DNA of 64,000 bases, from the NCBI GenBank assembly GCA_016281355.1, contig JAEEIL010000002.1, forward strand, positions 19,466 through 83,465. The letters run 5' to 3'. Origin of the DNA: Elusimicrobiaceae bacterium (GTDB taxonomy: Bacteria; Elusimicrobiota; Elusimicrobia; Elusimicrobiales; Elusimicrobiaceae). The position numbers were made by a program, and so were the translations under genes. This document shows, one piece after another, positions 47,825 through 57,624 of this stretch; within the stretch, counting starts at the first letter, position 1, and each line of letters starts with the position of its first letter. The notes under the pieces are model-generated. The model had not been told where the DNA came from. It saw only the letters and a program-made list of their open reading frames with translations, and made no database searches.

Positions 47825-49660
47825 TTAACCACGGCCGATTTTTTTAGAAATTTCTGCTAAAGTTAAATTTAACATCGTCGGTCTACCGTGCGGGCAATGT
47901 AGGGCATCTTTACAGGTTTTTAAATTCTCAAGCAAAGCCTCTGCCTCTGCTTCATTTAAAACCTCACCGGCCTTAACCGCTTTTTTGCAAGCCTTTGTTG
48001 CAATAAATTTATGCCTAAATTCATTATCGGTTTTTAAAGGATTACCGGCAGTTTCGGCAAATGATAAGATAAACTCTTTAATTTCCTTTTCCCCCATCTT
48101 TAATAGGGCAGGTGTGGAACTTACAAGTAAAACAGTACCGGAAAATTTAGAAACTTCAAAGCCTGTTTCCTTTAAAAAACTTTCCCAATTCAAAACCGTT
48201 TCAAGTTTACTCGCTGGCAAATCAATATTCAAAGGGAACATTAAAGGTTGGCGTGCTACTTCGCCTTTGGAAATTAAATTACAAAACTCCTCAAAATAAA
48301 TGCGTTCTTGCGCAGCGTGCTGATCTATAATGAGTAAACCATCTGTATCTTCAAAAAGTAAATAGCTTTTATGTAATTGCCCTAAATATCTGTAAGGCCC
48401 ATGCCACCAGGAAGGATTGTTTTCATTTGGAACTGTGGGCACTTCCTCAATATTTTCCTGTTTTTTTGGTTCATCAAAATTATATAAAACAGGGTCCTCG
48501 TGCTCATAAGTTTTAAGATCCGGCACAGGGGCTGTTTTGAGCAAATTAGCTAGTTCAGCCGCCACATTTAAATTGGGTTTATTTTCAAAAGTTTTTTGCG
48601 TAATGATGTTAGCTTTAGGTATTTGCGGAACTGCTGTAGATTTTGACAAAGTAATTTCCGCCTTATCTTGTGTAGCTAAAAGTTTTTGTGACAATGTCTT
48701 GTATAAAAAATTAAAAATATCATTTTCAAAAGAGAATTTGACTTCACGCTTTTGAGGGTGAATATTAACATCAAAATCTGCCGGGTTTAAAGTCAAATAA
48801 ATTATTGCGCAAGGATATTTATTTTGCGCCCTAAATGGTTGATATGCCTTAAATAAAGCCTGTTGTAAAACCTTGCAGGTAACCGGGCGTTTATTTATAA
48901 AAAAGTATTGCAAATTTCTGCTTGCACAAAGTTTATGTGCCGGGGAAATGAGCGCTTTAAAACCAAAAGATTTATCTTCTAAATAAAGTAAATCTTTTGC
49001 TGTTTCCTGCCCAATAATTTGATTTACCCTTTGGCGGAAGCCGTCCTCTGTATCTTGCACAGTAGGCAAATTATAAACCAAAGTATTATCTGTTTTAACT
49101 TTAAATGCAACATTTAAGTTTGCAAGAGCGGCTTCTTCCGCAACGGTTAAAAGGTGGCTACGTTCAACGGAATCTGATTTTAAAAATTTAAGACGTGCCG
49201 GTGTATTATAAAATAGATTTTCTACTTCTACCGTCGTACCTTTAATTTCGGGAGCTGAAGTTTGGTGTAAGATTTTACCGCCTTCCGCTTTAATTTGAGA
49301 ACCTTTTGAACCTTCTTGGAAACTTGTTAAAGTTAATTTGCTTACGGCAGCTATAGAAAATAATGCTTCCCCCCTAAAACCAAAAGTGTGCAAACTGTTT
49401 AAATCGTCAAATTTTGAAATTTTACTGGTAGAGTGTCTAAGTAGTGCGGTTTTTAAATCTTCTTCTTTTATGCCGATACCGTTATCATTTACGCGTATTA
49501 ATTTTTTACCGGCATTAGCAATATCAATGTTTATCGCACTTGCCCCGGCATCAATAGAATTTTCCAAAAGTTCCTTAAGAACACCTGCTGGGCGTTCAAT
49601 GACTTCTCCTGCGGCAATTTTACTTGAAGTTAAAAAATCTAAAACTTTAATATCATTCAT
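47825..49660 (-). CDS. mutL: DNA mismatch repair protein MutL
   Basis: GHKL ATPase N-terminus (IAAGEVIERPAGVLKELLENSIDAG) and C-terminal HGRPT. Confidence 0.9.
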   Translation of the reverse strand: MNDIKVLDFLTSSKIAAGEVIERPAGVLKELLENSIDAGASAINIDIANAGKKLIRVNDNGIGIKEEDLKTALLRHSTSKISKFDDLNSLHTFGFRGEALFSIAAVSKLTLTSFQEGSKGSQIKAEGGKILHQTSAPEIKGTTVEVENLFYNTPARLKFLKSDSVERSHLLTVAEEAALANLNVAFKVKTDNTLVYNLPTVQDTEDGFRQRVNQIIGQETAKDLLYLEDKSFGFKALISPAHKLCASRNLQYFFINKRPVTCKVLQQALFKAYQPFRAQNKYPCAIIYLTLNPADFDVNIHPQKREVKFSFENDIFNFLYKTLSQKLLATQDKAEITLSKSTAVPQIPKANIITQKTFENKPNLNVAAELANLLKTAPVPDLKTYEHEDPVLYNFDEPKKQENIEEVPTVPNENNPSWWHGPYRYLGQLHKSYLLFEDTDGLLIIDQHAAQERIYFEEFCNLISKGEVARQPLMFPLNIDLPASKLETVLNWESFLKETGFEVSKFSGTVLLVSSTPALLKMGEKEIKEFILSFAETAGNPLKTDNEFRHKFIATKACKKAVKAGEVLNEAEAEALLENLKTCKDALHCPHGRPTMLNLTLAEISKKIGRG

Positions 49661-52193
49661 CTATTCTTTTCTTCCAATTTTCAATTAAAGAAAGGGCTTG
49701 AAGCGGTGTAATTTCATCAGTACGCACCATTTTAATTTCTTCTAAAATCGGGCTTGAAAATAAATCCATAGAATTTTTTTCTTTTTCTACAATTCCGAAA
49801 TTTTCACGCCCACCCAAATCTTTTAAAATTTTCCTTGCACGCAAAATACAACTTTGCGGAAGACCTGCAATTTCCGCGACATGTATACCATAAGATTTAT
49901 CTGCCGCACCGGGTTTAACTTCAAATAAGAAATTAAGTTTTATTTCCCCATCGGTAGTTTTGAATTCTTCTGCGCGAACATGGAAATTTTTAATTTTTGA
50001 ATATTTCTTTTCAAGCTCGGTAAGTTCAAAATAATGTGTAGCAAATAAAACCTTAGGGCCTTGGCCCTGGCTTTTATGTAAATACTCAGTTATTGCCCAA
50101 GCAATAGAAATGCCATCAAAAGTGGAAGTTCCGCGGCCGACTTCATCAAGCAAAACTAAGGTTTTGGGTGTAGCACTTGCCAAAATATTTGCCGCTTCGC
50201 GCATTTCAACCATAAATGTTGAATCCCCGCGGCTTAAAGCATCTTGTGCGCCGATTCTTGTTAAAATTTTATCGGTTATGGGTATTTGTGCTTCTACTGC
50301 CGGCACAAAACTGCCCATTTGCGCCATTAAAACAATTAAAGCCGTTTGCTTTAAATAAACGCTTTTACCTCCCATATTGGGGCCTGTTATTAGGATGATT
50401 TGCGGCCCATCCCCGCCAATAAATAAATTATTTGGTACAAAACTGCCTGTCGGGATAACTTGTTCAACAAGAGGATGGCGGCCCTTTTCAATAATTAAAC
50501 TTTCATTACTATCTACAATTTTGGGGCAAGTATAACCACCGTTTTGGGCCGCAACGGCAAGGGAATAAAAACAATCAATTTCAGCAATACTTGCAGCCAC
50601 TTCTTTCAAAAGTGCGGTATTTGCAAAAAGATATTTCCTGATTTCATCAAAAATGCCACTTTCAAGCCTTAAAGATTTTTCCTCTGCAGATAATATTTGG
50701 CCCTCAAGTTGCTTTAATTCTTCGGTTATAAAACGCTCGGCATTAGTTAATGTTTGCTTACGTGTATAAGTTAAAGGTACCTTTTGAAGATGAGATTTTG
50801 TAACTTCAATATAATATCCGAAAACAGAATTAAAACCGATTTTTAGAGTGGGAATACCGGTTTTTTCCCTTTCGCGGTTAGCAATTTGTTCCAAAACTGC
50901 AGAGGAGTTTTGTTTTAAATCTCTTAATTTATCAAGTTCGGCATTATAACCTTGGCGAATGATACCGCCTTCGCTCATCCTAATTGGCGGGGCTTCGTTT
51001 ATCGCGGTAAAAAGTAAAGCGGAAATCTCTTTAAGTTTAACTAAATTTGTTAGAAATACTTGTTTGAATTTAGGCATTAGGTCCGGATATTTTTTAAACC
51101 AATTCTCAAAAGCCAACAAATTAAAAAGCGCTTTTCTTAAACCGGCTGCTTCACGCGGAGTTAAAGAAGAATTAACAACACGTGTCATAATGCGCTGGAT
51201 GTCGCAAATTTCCTTTAAAATAAGAGCAAGGCCATTTAACGCCTGTTCGTTTTTAAGTAAAGAAGATACAGCACTTTGCCTAAATAAAATTTCCTCTTTA
51301 TCAAGTAATGGATGGAGTAGCCACTCTTTAAGCAAACGCGCGCCCATAGGTGTTAAAGTATAATCTAAAAGGCCCCACAGAGTGTTTTTTCTATTGCCGC
51401 TTTTGCTGCGAACGAGTTCTAAAGTTTCTACAGCACTTGCATCAAGCTGCATATAGGAACTTATTTTGCGGTAAACCGGAACAAAATATTCTTTAAAACT
51501 TTTATCTGATTGCTCTGCATATTTTAAAGCACCCAAAGCCGCCTTTAAAGCAAGAGGTGTTTCCTCAAAAACAGAGGGCCAGGTATCAGGCATTTTCATG
51601 TCTTCAATTTGCGGTATAGAGGAAAATGTTACCCCATCCGGAAGCAATAATTTGCTTTGCAAAGTGCCTAAATCTTGCTTTGATAAAATTATTTCGCTTG
51701 GATTTACACTTGCAAGAAGTGAAGAAAGATCTATTAAAGACGGGTCTTTTTCACTTTGTGTAAGCCAAAATTCACCTGTTGAAAACTCAAGGCATGCCGC
51801 ACCCCACCCGTTATGAGATAGCACCAAAGACACTAAAAAATTAGGATTTTTGGCCTCTAAAATTGCATCTTCCAGTACAGTACCCGGGGTTATAAAACGC
51901 ACTATTTTACGCTCAAAAAGTTTGGTTTTAGGATCCGCTATATTGGAAGTTTGTTCGCAAATCGCAATTTTTTTATTTGCTGCCAAAAGTTTGGCAATAT
52001 ATGGATTGGCCGAGTGGAAAGGCACCCCGCACATAGGCTCCCCGGCACGGGCTGTTAAAGTAAGGCCGAGTATTCTACTGGCCACCTTAGCATCATCACC
52101 GAACAGTTCATAAAAATCACCAAGCCTGAAAAAGAGTAAGGCATGCGGATATTGCTTTTTAATATTGTAATACTGCTGCATTAGGGGTGTCAT
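49653..52193 (-). CDS. mutS: DNA mismatch repair protein MutS
   Basis: MTPLMQQYYNIKKQYPHALLFFRLGDFYELF, Walker A GPNMGGKS. Start set at ATG 52193. The track's longer ORF would overlap the upstream OMP gene. Confidence 0.95.
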   Translation of the reverse strand: MTPLMQQYYNIKKQYPHALLFFRLGDFYELFGDDAKVASRILGLTLTARAGEPMCGVPFHSANPYIAKLLAANKKIAICEQTSNIADPKTKLFERKIVRFITPGTVLEDAILEAKNPNFLVSLVLSHNGWGAACLEFSTGEFWLTQSEKDPSLIDLSSLLASVNPSEIILSKQDLGTLQSKLLLPDGVTFSSIPQIEDMKMPDTWPSVFEETPLALKAALGALKYAEQSDKSFKEYFVPVYRKISSYMQLDASAVETLELVRSKSGNRKNTLWGLLDYTLTPMGARLLKEWLLHPLLDKEEILFRQSAVSSLLKNEQALNGLALILKEICDIQRIMTRVVNSSLTPREAAGLRKALFNLLAFENWFKKYPDLMPKFKQVFLTNLVKLKEISALLFTAINEAPPIRMSEGGIIRQGYNAELDKLRDLKQNSSAVLEQIANREREKTGIPTLKIGFNSVFGYYIEVTKSHLQKVPLTYTRKQTLTNAERFITEELKQLEGQILSAEEKSLRLESGIFDEIRKYLFANTALLKEVAASIAEIDCFYSLAVAAQNGGYTCPKIVDSNESLIIEKGRHPLVEQVIPTGSFVPNNLFIGGDGPQIILITGPNMGGKSVYLKQTALIVLMAQMGSFVPAVEAQIPITDKILTRIGAQDALSRGDSTFMVEMREAANILASATPKTLVLLDEVGRGTSTFDGISIAWAITEYLHKSQGQGPKVLFATHYFELTELEKKYSKIKNFHVRAEEFKTTDGEIKLNFLFEVKPGAADKSYGIHVAEIAGLPQSCILRARKILKDLGGRENFGIVEKEKNSMDLFSSPILEEIKMVRTDEITPLQALSLIENWKKRIDE

Positions 52194-52209
52194 AAGTAAA
52201 TTATAACAT

Positions 52210-53436
52210 TTACAAAGTGAATTTATAGAAGAAATTAACCTGCAACTTCTTAACTTTTTGTTTACCGGTTGTAGTACCGTCACTAAAGACGGCCTCGCCT
52301 TCAAACAAACCGCCGCTTAACTTAATTCCCCAATTATCGAATTTAAGCCTGGCATTTAAGTTAAGTTCCTGAGCATAATAATTCCGATTGGTTAAATCGC
52401 TTTTCCCATAAGAATACACAAAAACACCTAAACCAGCATATAAGAACGGATATTTCTTAAAATTAAAATCTAAAACCGTATATAAGGTTTTAGGGCTTTC
52501 GGCAAATATATTGTTATGATTTATGCCACCACCGATTATGCCCATTTGTAATTTGTTTGGGAAAGTTTGAAATTTTTCTTTGTTTGAAAACACATAAAAA
52601 CCAAGTTTATTGTTTAAAATACCTGTTTTATAGATATTTTGGAAATATAGCTCTGCATTATAAGCATAACCTTTGTATGGCGTAGTTTGGGTAATGACCG
52701 GCCTTATTCTTTCCCTTTCCCCGCCATTTTTTGCGCCGTAAAAACGCAAACCGGAGTTTTCATCAAAAAATAACTCTATACCGGCCCCGTAAACGGAAAG
52801 TTTTGAATTTATTTTGTCAGTGTTATAGGGGTATTTCTTATTTTGATAGAAGTAAAAACCGGATATGTTTAGCCAAGTTATAGGTTTACCTGTTACTTTA
52901 ACACCGGCTAATTTAGCTTTTTCATTTTCATCTATTTGTGCTTCCTGCGCAACAAGCAAGGTATAATCTACATATTTACTCACAAAATTATGTTTTATAC
53001 CGTCCAGAGCAGTGGGGAGTGCCAGATCTAGGGGCAATTCATCACCATAGTAAATGAAAGGTGCAAGGGCTGTATCAACAAAATCAAAACGACCGAGATT
53101 AAAATCAAAATTATTTGCTTTATAGTTTAAATAGGCTTGCCAAATTTTTGCCTGTGTTTCAGTTTGTTTATCACGTTTCACATCATAGGAAACACGAGCA
53201 TAAGGCAGAAAATTAACGGACAAATTATCGTTTATCTTATAGGCAAAATTTATATCAAATTTCAAATAACTTTCACTATACTTATCTAGAAAATTTTTTG
53301 ATGTATTTGCCCTCGTAGTAAATAAATCTAATTTCGCGCCCATTTCCATATTATCGGGTAAGGCACCTGCAAACAAAGGGGCTGCCATAAACAATAACAT
53401 TACAGCATAAAATTTGTACAAAATATGCTTTTTCAT
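52210..53436 (-). CDS. putative outer-membrane beta-barrel protein (porin / alginate-export-like)
   Basis: Signal peptide ...MLLFMAAPLFAGA. Alternating hydrophobic/aromatic beta-strand pattern throughout, aromatic-rich C-terminus NFFYKFTL. Family assignment is tentative. Confidence 0.5.
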   Translation of the reverse strand: MKKHILYKFYAVMLLFMAAPLFAGALPDNMEMGAKLDLFTTRANTSKNFLDKYSESYLKFDINFAYKINDNLSVNFLPYARVSYDVKRDKQTETQAKIWQAYLNYKANNFDFNLGRFDFVDTALAPFIYYGDELPLDLALPTALDGIKHNFVSKYVDYTLLVAQEAQIDENEKAKLAGVKVTGKPITWLNISGFYFYQNKKYPYNTDKINSKLSVYGAGIELFFDENSGLRFYGAKNGGERERIRPVITQTTPYKGYAYNAELYFQNIYKTGILNNKLGFYVFSNKEKFQTFPNKLQMGIIGGGINHNNIFAESPKTLYTVLDFNFKKYPFLYAGLGVFVYSYGKSDLTNRNYYAQELNLNARLKFDNWGIKLSGGLFEGEAVFSDGTTTGKQKVKKLQVNFFYKFTL

Positions 53437-53478
53437 GTAACCTACACCAATTAGTATAGGTAAATTTTAGCATTTATA

Positions 53479-53494
53479 TTGTGCAAGCGCACAA
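53479..53494. promoter_or_regulatory. palindrome TTGTGC-AAGC-GCACAA in the OMP/helicase divergent region (possible operator)
   Basis: 6-bp perfect arms with a 4-nt spacer, 26 nt upstream of the helicase -10 box. Confidence 0.25.
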
Positions 53495-53519
53495 AATTTA
53501 TTATATCTGCAAAATATTC

Positions 53520-53525
53520 TATAAT
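53520..53525 (+). promoter_or_regulatory. -10 box of helicase gene
   Basis: TATAAT with 5 nt before the ATG at 53531. Confidence 0.35.
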
Positions 53526-53530
53526 AAGGT

Positions 53531-56245
53531 ATGCAACAAATACTTAAATTTAACGGTAATTGGCGCAATTACCAAAAACGCATATTGGATAATTTATCTT
53601 TACATTTATCTGACAATAAAATACATGTCGTAGCAGCCCCTGGGGCTGGCAAAACAACATTAGGTATAGAAGTCATTTCAAGAATAAATAAACCAACACT
53701 TATCTTAGTACCTACAATTACAATCCGCGCACAATGGAAACAGCGTATTTTATCTTCTTTTTTAGAACAAAATAACGCAGATATTATTTCTACCGATATT
53801 AAAAAACCAGGTTTTATTACTGTTTCTACTTATCAGGCTTTGCTTGCCGCTTTTTGCGGCAAAGAAGAACCATTAGAAGACGAAGAAACCGAAGAATTGC
53901 AAGAAGAAGAAAATGCACCTGATACTTTTTACCGATTAAACAAAGAAAAAGCAAATGAAACTATTCAAACACTTAAAAATGCAAAGATAGATATTTTGTG
54001 TTTTGATGAAGCGCATCACTTGCGCCAGGAATGGTGGAAAGCGTTAATGTATTTGATGGACAATCTAAAACCCAAACAGACAATTTCACTTACTGCCACG
54101 CCACCTTATGATGTGGATTTAACACAATGGGAACGCTATGGTACTTTGTGTGGTTCTATCGATGAAGTAATTTCCATACCGGAACTTGTTCAAAATGGGG
54201 ATCTATGCCCACACCAAGATTTTATTCATTTTTCAACGCTCAGAAAACATGAGTCTGAACAAATTGAAAAAATACTACATCGCAATTTAATGTTCGTACA
54301 AACATTAAAAGGACAAGAACCGTTAATTCGAGCAATAACAAATTATTTAACTACCGAAAAGGAAGAAACAATACTTGATAACCCCAAAACTTATATTGCT
54401 TTAGCGGCATTTTTAAAGTGGGCAAACAGGCTTATACCCAAAAACTTTTTAGATTTATTTGATTTCAAACAAAGTGATATACCAAATTTTAGAGATGAAT
54501 TCCAAAAATTATTTTTATCTTTTGTTCTATTTAAACATACCCCAAGTTTTGCCGAAGCAAATAAAGAACTTATAGAAGATTTATTAAACAAAGCAAAAGC
54601 AAGCGGTCTTGTATCAAAACAAACTATATGTTTAAATGATAGCCCGAAAATAAGAAGGGAAATTGCAAACAGTTTGGGCAAATTAGATTCTATTAAAAAA
54701 ATCGTAGATTTGGAAACAAAAGCCCTAGGCAAAAATTTACGTTTGGTAATCTTAGCAGACTATATTAAATATGATGTTACCGACTGTTCCGCCTTGGGTG
54801 TAATACCCATTTGGCAAACTTTGGCAGAACGTAATGACATTTCACTCGGTGTGCTTACAGGATCCGTAATTTTAATTCCTGCCCTGATATTAGATAAATT
54901 CAAAGAATACGTACAACAAAGTAATTTGGAGAAAGATATTTCTACAATTGTATTTAGCAGAAACCAAAATTATTTAAAAATTAATGTAACCGGCAGTAAA
55001 AAATCTGCACTTGTGCGCTTGATAACGCAAATGTTTAATGACGGACATTTGACAGTATTAGTCGGTACCCAAGCATTGCTTGGAGAAGGTTGGGATGCAC
55101 CTAGTATAAACTCCCTTATCCTTTCAAGCACGGTAAGTTCTTATATGCTATCAAACCAAATGAGAGGCAGAGCCATACGTATAGATAAAAGCAACCCAGG
55201 TAAAGTAGCAAATATATGGCATTTAGCGTCTATAAAGATACTTTCTAATTGGGAACAATTTACACAGGGAATGCCAAATGCAAGTACTGCAGAATTAGAA
55301 CCTCCTGCTCAATTATTTGACTGTGCACAATTAGTACAAAGATTTAAAGGTTATGAAGCACCTACTATAAAGGAGCCATATACCATAGAAAACGGCCTTG
55401 ACCGCATATTACCTGAAACATTTAAATTTGCTATGGCCACACGCGGGCTTAATGAAAAAGATTTTCTAGAACTAAATTCTACAATGGAAAAGTTAGCCCA
55501 AAACCGTGCTTTAACCAAGGAATCTTGGGAAAAGGGCTTACTTCCTCCATATACCGGGGCAGAACAAATGCTTCGCAAAGGTGTTAATACTTTACGTAAA
55601 ATAAAAACTTTCACTTATAAAGCAGGCTATTCAGCCTTTGCAGCATTTTGGGCGAATGTATTTCTTCTTCCTTTAGTATTTACTGTAAAAGCACGTTTAT
55701 ATGGACTTTCTTTTTTACTGATAGGATGTTTCATAGTGGCAATGATTAAACCCACTTATAAATTTTTACATTGTTCCAGCCCGGAAAAAGTTATTAGGCA
55801 AATTGCGATAATCATAATTGAGACTTTATCTTCAATGAATTTAATTAAAACAAGTTTGCAACGAATAAATATAAAGTGTGATAAATGTATGGCAGACGGC
55901 AGTATATTCATATCGGTAGCAAATGTTTCACCAGAAGAAAATAATTTGATTATAAGGTGCCTACAAGAAGTTTTGGATCCTATTGAAAATCCACGTTATA
56001 TCTTTGCGCGCAAGGGTTTCCTCGGTATATTTGAAACAACAGATTGGCATGCTATCCCCAATATAATAGGGCAAAAAAAGAATAATGTTGATATTTTTGC
56101 CGGGTTATGGGATAGATATATAGGCGGTTGCAAAGTAGTTTACACACGTTCAAAAGAGGGGCGCAAAGCCTTGCTTAAAGCGCGCAAAGAGGCATTTTCT
56201 TCATTAGTTGCGGAAAAAAGTAAACGTCTAAGCCGTTACGAATAA
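53531..56245 (+). CDS. SF2 DEAH-box helicase (ResIII/Helicase_C type) with two predicted TM helices and an unknown C-terminal module
   Basis: Walker A AAPGAGKTT, DEAH (54005-54016), SLTATP, LLGEGWDAP, QMRGRAIR. Hydrophobic stretches at residues ~700-739. Confidence 0.8.
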   Translation: MQQILKFNGNWRNYQKRILDNLSLHLSDNKIHVVAAPGAGKTTLGIEVISRINKPTLILVPTITIRAQWKQRILSSFLEQNNADIISTDIKKPGFITVSTYQALLAAFCGKEEPLEDEETEELQEEENAPDTFYRLNKEKANETIQTLKNAKIDILCFDEAHHLRQEWWKALMYLMDNLKPKQTISLTATPPYDVDLTQWERYGTLCGSIDEVISIPELVQNGDLCPHQDFIHFSTLRKHESEQIEKILHRNLMFVQTLKGQEPLIRAITNYLTTEKEETILDNPKTYIALAAFLKWANRLIPKNFLDLFDFKQSDIPNFRDEFQKLFLSFVLFKHTPSFAEANKELIEDLLNKAKASGLVSKQTICLNDSPKIRREIANSLGKLDSIKKIVDLETKALGKNLRLVILADYIKYDVTDCSALGVIPIWQTLAERNDISLGVLTGSVILIPALILDKFKEYVQQSNLEKDISTIVFSRNQNYLKINVTGSKKSALVRLITQMFNDGHLTVLVGTQALLGEGWDAPSINSLILSSTVSSYMLSNQMRGRAIRIDKSNPGKVANIWHLASIKILSNWEQFTQGMPNASTAELEPPAQLFDCAQLVQRFKGYEAPTIKEPYTIENGLDRILPETFKFAMATRGLNEKDFLELNSTMEKLAQNRALTKESWEKGLLPPYTGAEQMLRKGVNTLRKIKTFTYKAGYSAFAAFWANVFLLPLVFTVKARLYGLSFLLIGCFIVAMIKPTYKFLHCSSPEKVIRQIAIIIIETLSSMNLIKTSLQRINIKCDKCMADGSIFISVANVSPEENNLIIRCLQEVLDPIENPRYIFARKGFLGIFETTDWHAIPNIIGQKKNNVDIFAGLWDRYIGGCKVVYTRSKEGRKALLKARKEAFSSLVAEKSKRLSRYE

Positions 56246-56247
56246 AA

Positions 56248-57624
56248 TTATTTCTTCTTGCTTTGGATGTAATTCAAGACAATCTTTTTGAATTTTCGGC
56301 CGCGGTCCTCAAAATCTGTAAATTGATCAAAAGAAGAACAAGCCGGGGATAAAAGTAAAATATCACCGCGCTTTGCATGGCTAAAGATATATTCAACAGC
56401 GTGTTTTAAATCTCCCTTCTCAATTACAGGGAAATAAGGGCCTATATCCCTTTTAATAATCGGGCTTGATTCACCAATTAAAATCACTTGCTTACAATAT
56501 CTTTGAAGGTAAGGAAGTAACGGTGTATATGGGGAACCTTTATGCCTACCACCCAAAATAAGCCAAATATTATTTGCACCGCTAAAAGATTTTAAAGCAG
56601 GAATAGTACTTTCAATGTTTGTTGCTTTAGAATCGTTATAACATTTAATACCTTTAAATTCGGCAAAATATTCAATACGGTGTTCTAGACAGTTAAAAAT
56701 ATCAAACCCTTTTTGTACTGCTTTTTGGCTTACACCGCCGGCAAAAGCCATTAAAGATGCAGCCATAGCGTTTTCAATATTGTGAATACCGACAAGCAAC
56801 TTCGGCGGTTTTAAGTGCGCACCTGAAGAAAATATAAGTTCGTCCCCATCATAAAATACATCTACGCGTACACTATGCTTAACTTCTGAAGAAAAGGTTA
56901 AAACGTGGCTTTTTACTTTCTTTATAAGGCTTACGCAAACTGTATCCCCACCATTTGTAATAAAGAAGTCATTTTCACCTTGTTGCTTAAAAACCCTGCT
57001 TTTTGCCAAAATATAATTATCAATACCGCCGTGATGGTCGAGATGATCCGGCGTAATATTTAAAAGTGCGGAACAAAAAGGTTTAAAATAAGTACTGTCT
57101 TCCAATTGATAACTTGAAACTTCTAAAACTAGTAGAGAATTTTCTTCAATTTTATCAGCATAACTCGTCAAAGGTGTGCCGATATTTCCGGCCACATAAA
57201 CTTTTTGTTTTGACTTAATTTCTTTTACATGCTCTTTTAAAATTTCGCCAAGCATTACAGTTGTTGTACTTTTACCGTTTGTACCTGTAACTGCAAAAAC
57301 TTTAACACTTTTAGGTATAAAAGCCAATGCAATTTCAATTTCACTAAACACAAGTTTTTTAAGCGCTTTAATTTTTTGAATAACCGGGTCAAAATGGCTT
57401 ATGCCCGGGCTTTTAATAAAAAAATCACAATCAAAAAATTGTTTAGGGAAACCACCCGTAAAAACTTCAATACCATCAAGACCTACCGGCAGTGGTAAGT
57501 GACGGGAATCTGCCAAAACTACTTTAAAACCCTGCCTGTATAAAAATTTTGCAGCTGCCTGCCCGCTTTTTCCCATTCCGATAACACCGGCAGTTTTACC
57601 TTTAAACTTTTTGAAACTAAACAT
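56248..57624 (-). CDS. murD: UDP-N-acetylmuramoylalanine--D-glutamate ligase
   Basis: GMGKSG N-terminal Rossmann motif and VTGTNGKSTT P-loop. 458 aa. Overlaps the murE end. Confidence 0.9.
   Translation of the reverse strand: MFSFKKFKGKTAGVIGMGKSGQAAAKFLYRQGFKVVLADSRHLPLPVGLDGIEVFTGGFPKQFFDCDFFIKSPGISHFDPVIQKIKALKKLVFSEIEIALAFIPKSVKVFAVTGTNGKSTTTVMLGEILKEHVKEIKSKQKVYVAGNIGTPLTSYADKIEENSLLVLEVSSYQLEDSTYFKPFCSALLNITPDHLDHHGGIDNYILAKSRVFKQQGENDFFITNGGDTVCVSLIKKVKSHVLTFSSEVKHSVRVDVFYDGDELIFSSGAHLKPPKLLVGIHNIENAMAASLMAFAGGVSQKAVQKGFDIFNCLEHRIEYFAEFKGIKCYNDSKATNIESTIPALKSFSGANNIWLILGGRHKGSPYTPLLPYLQRYCKQVILIGESSPIIKRDIGPYFPVIEKGDLKHAVEYIFSHAKRGDILLLSPACSSFDQFTDFEDRGRKFKKIVLNYIQSKKK

Noticed and set aside
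52194-52304. N-terminal 37-codon extension of mutS in the ORF track
   Set aside because: It would overlap the 3' end of the OMP gene. The canonical MutS N-terminus MTPLMQQY starts at ATG 52193.
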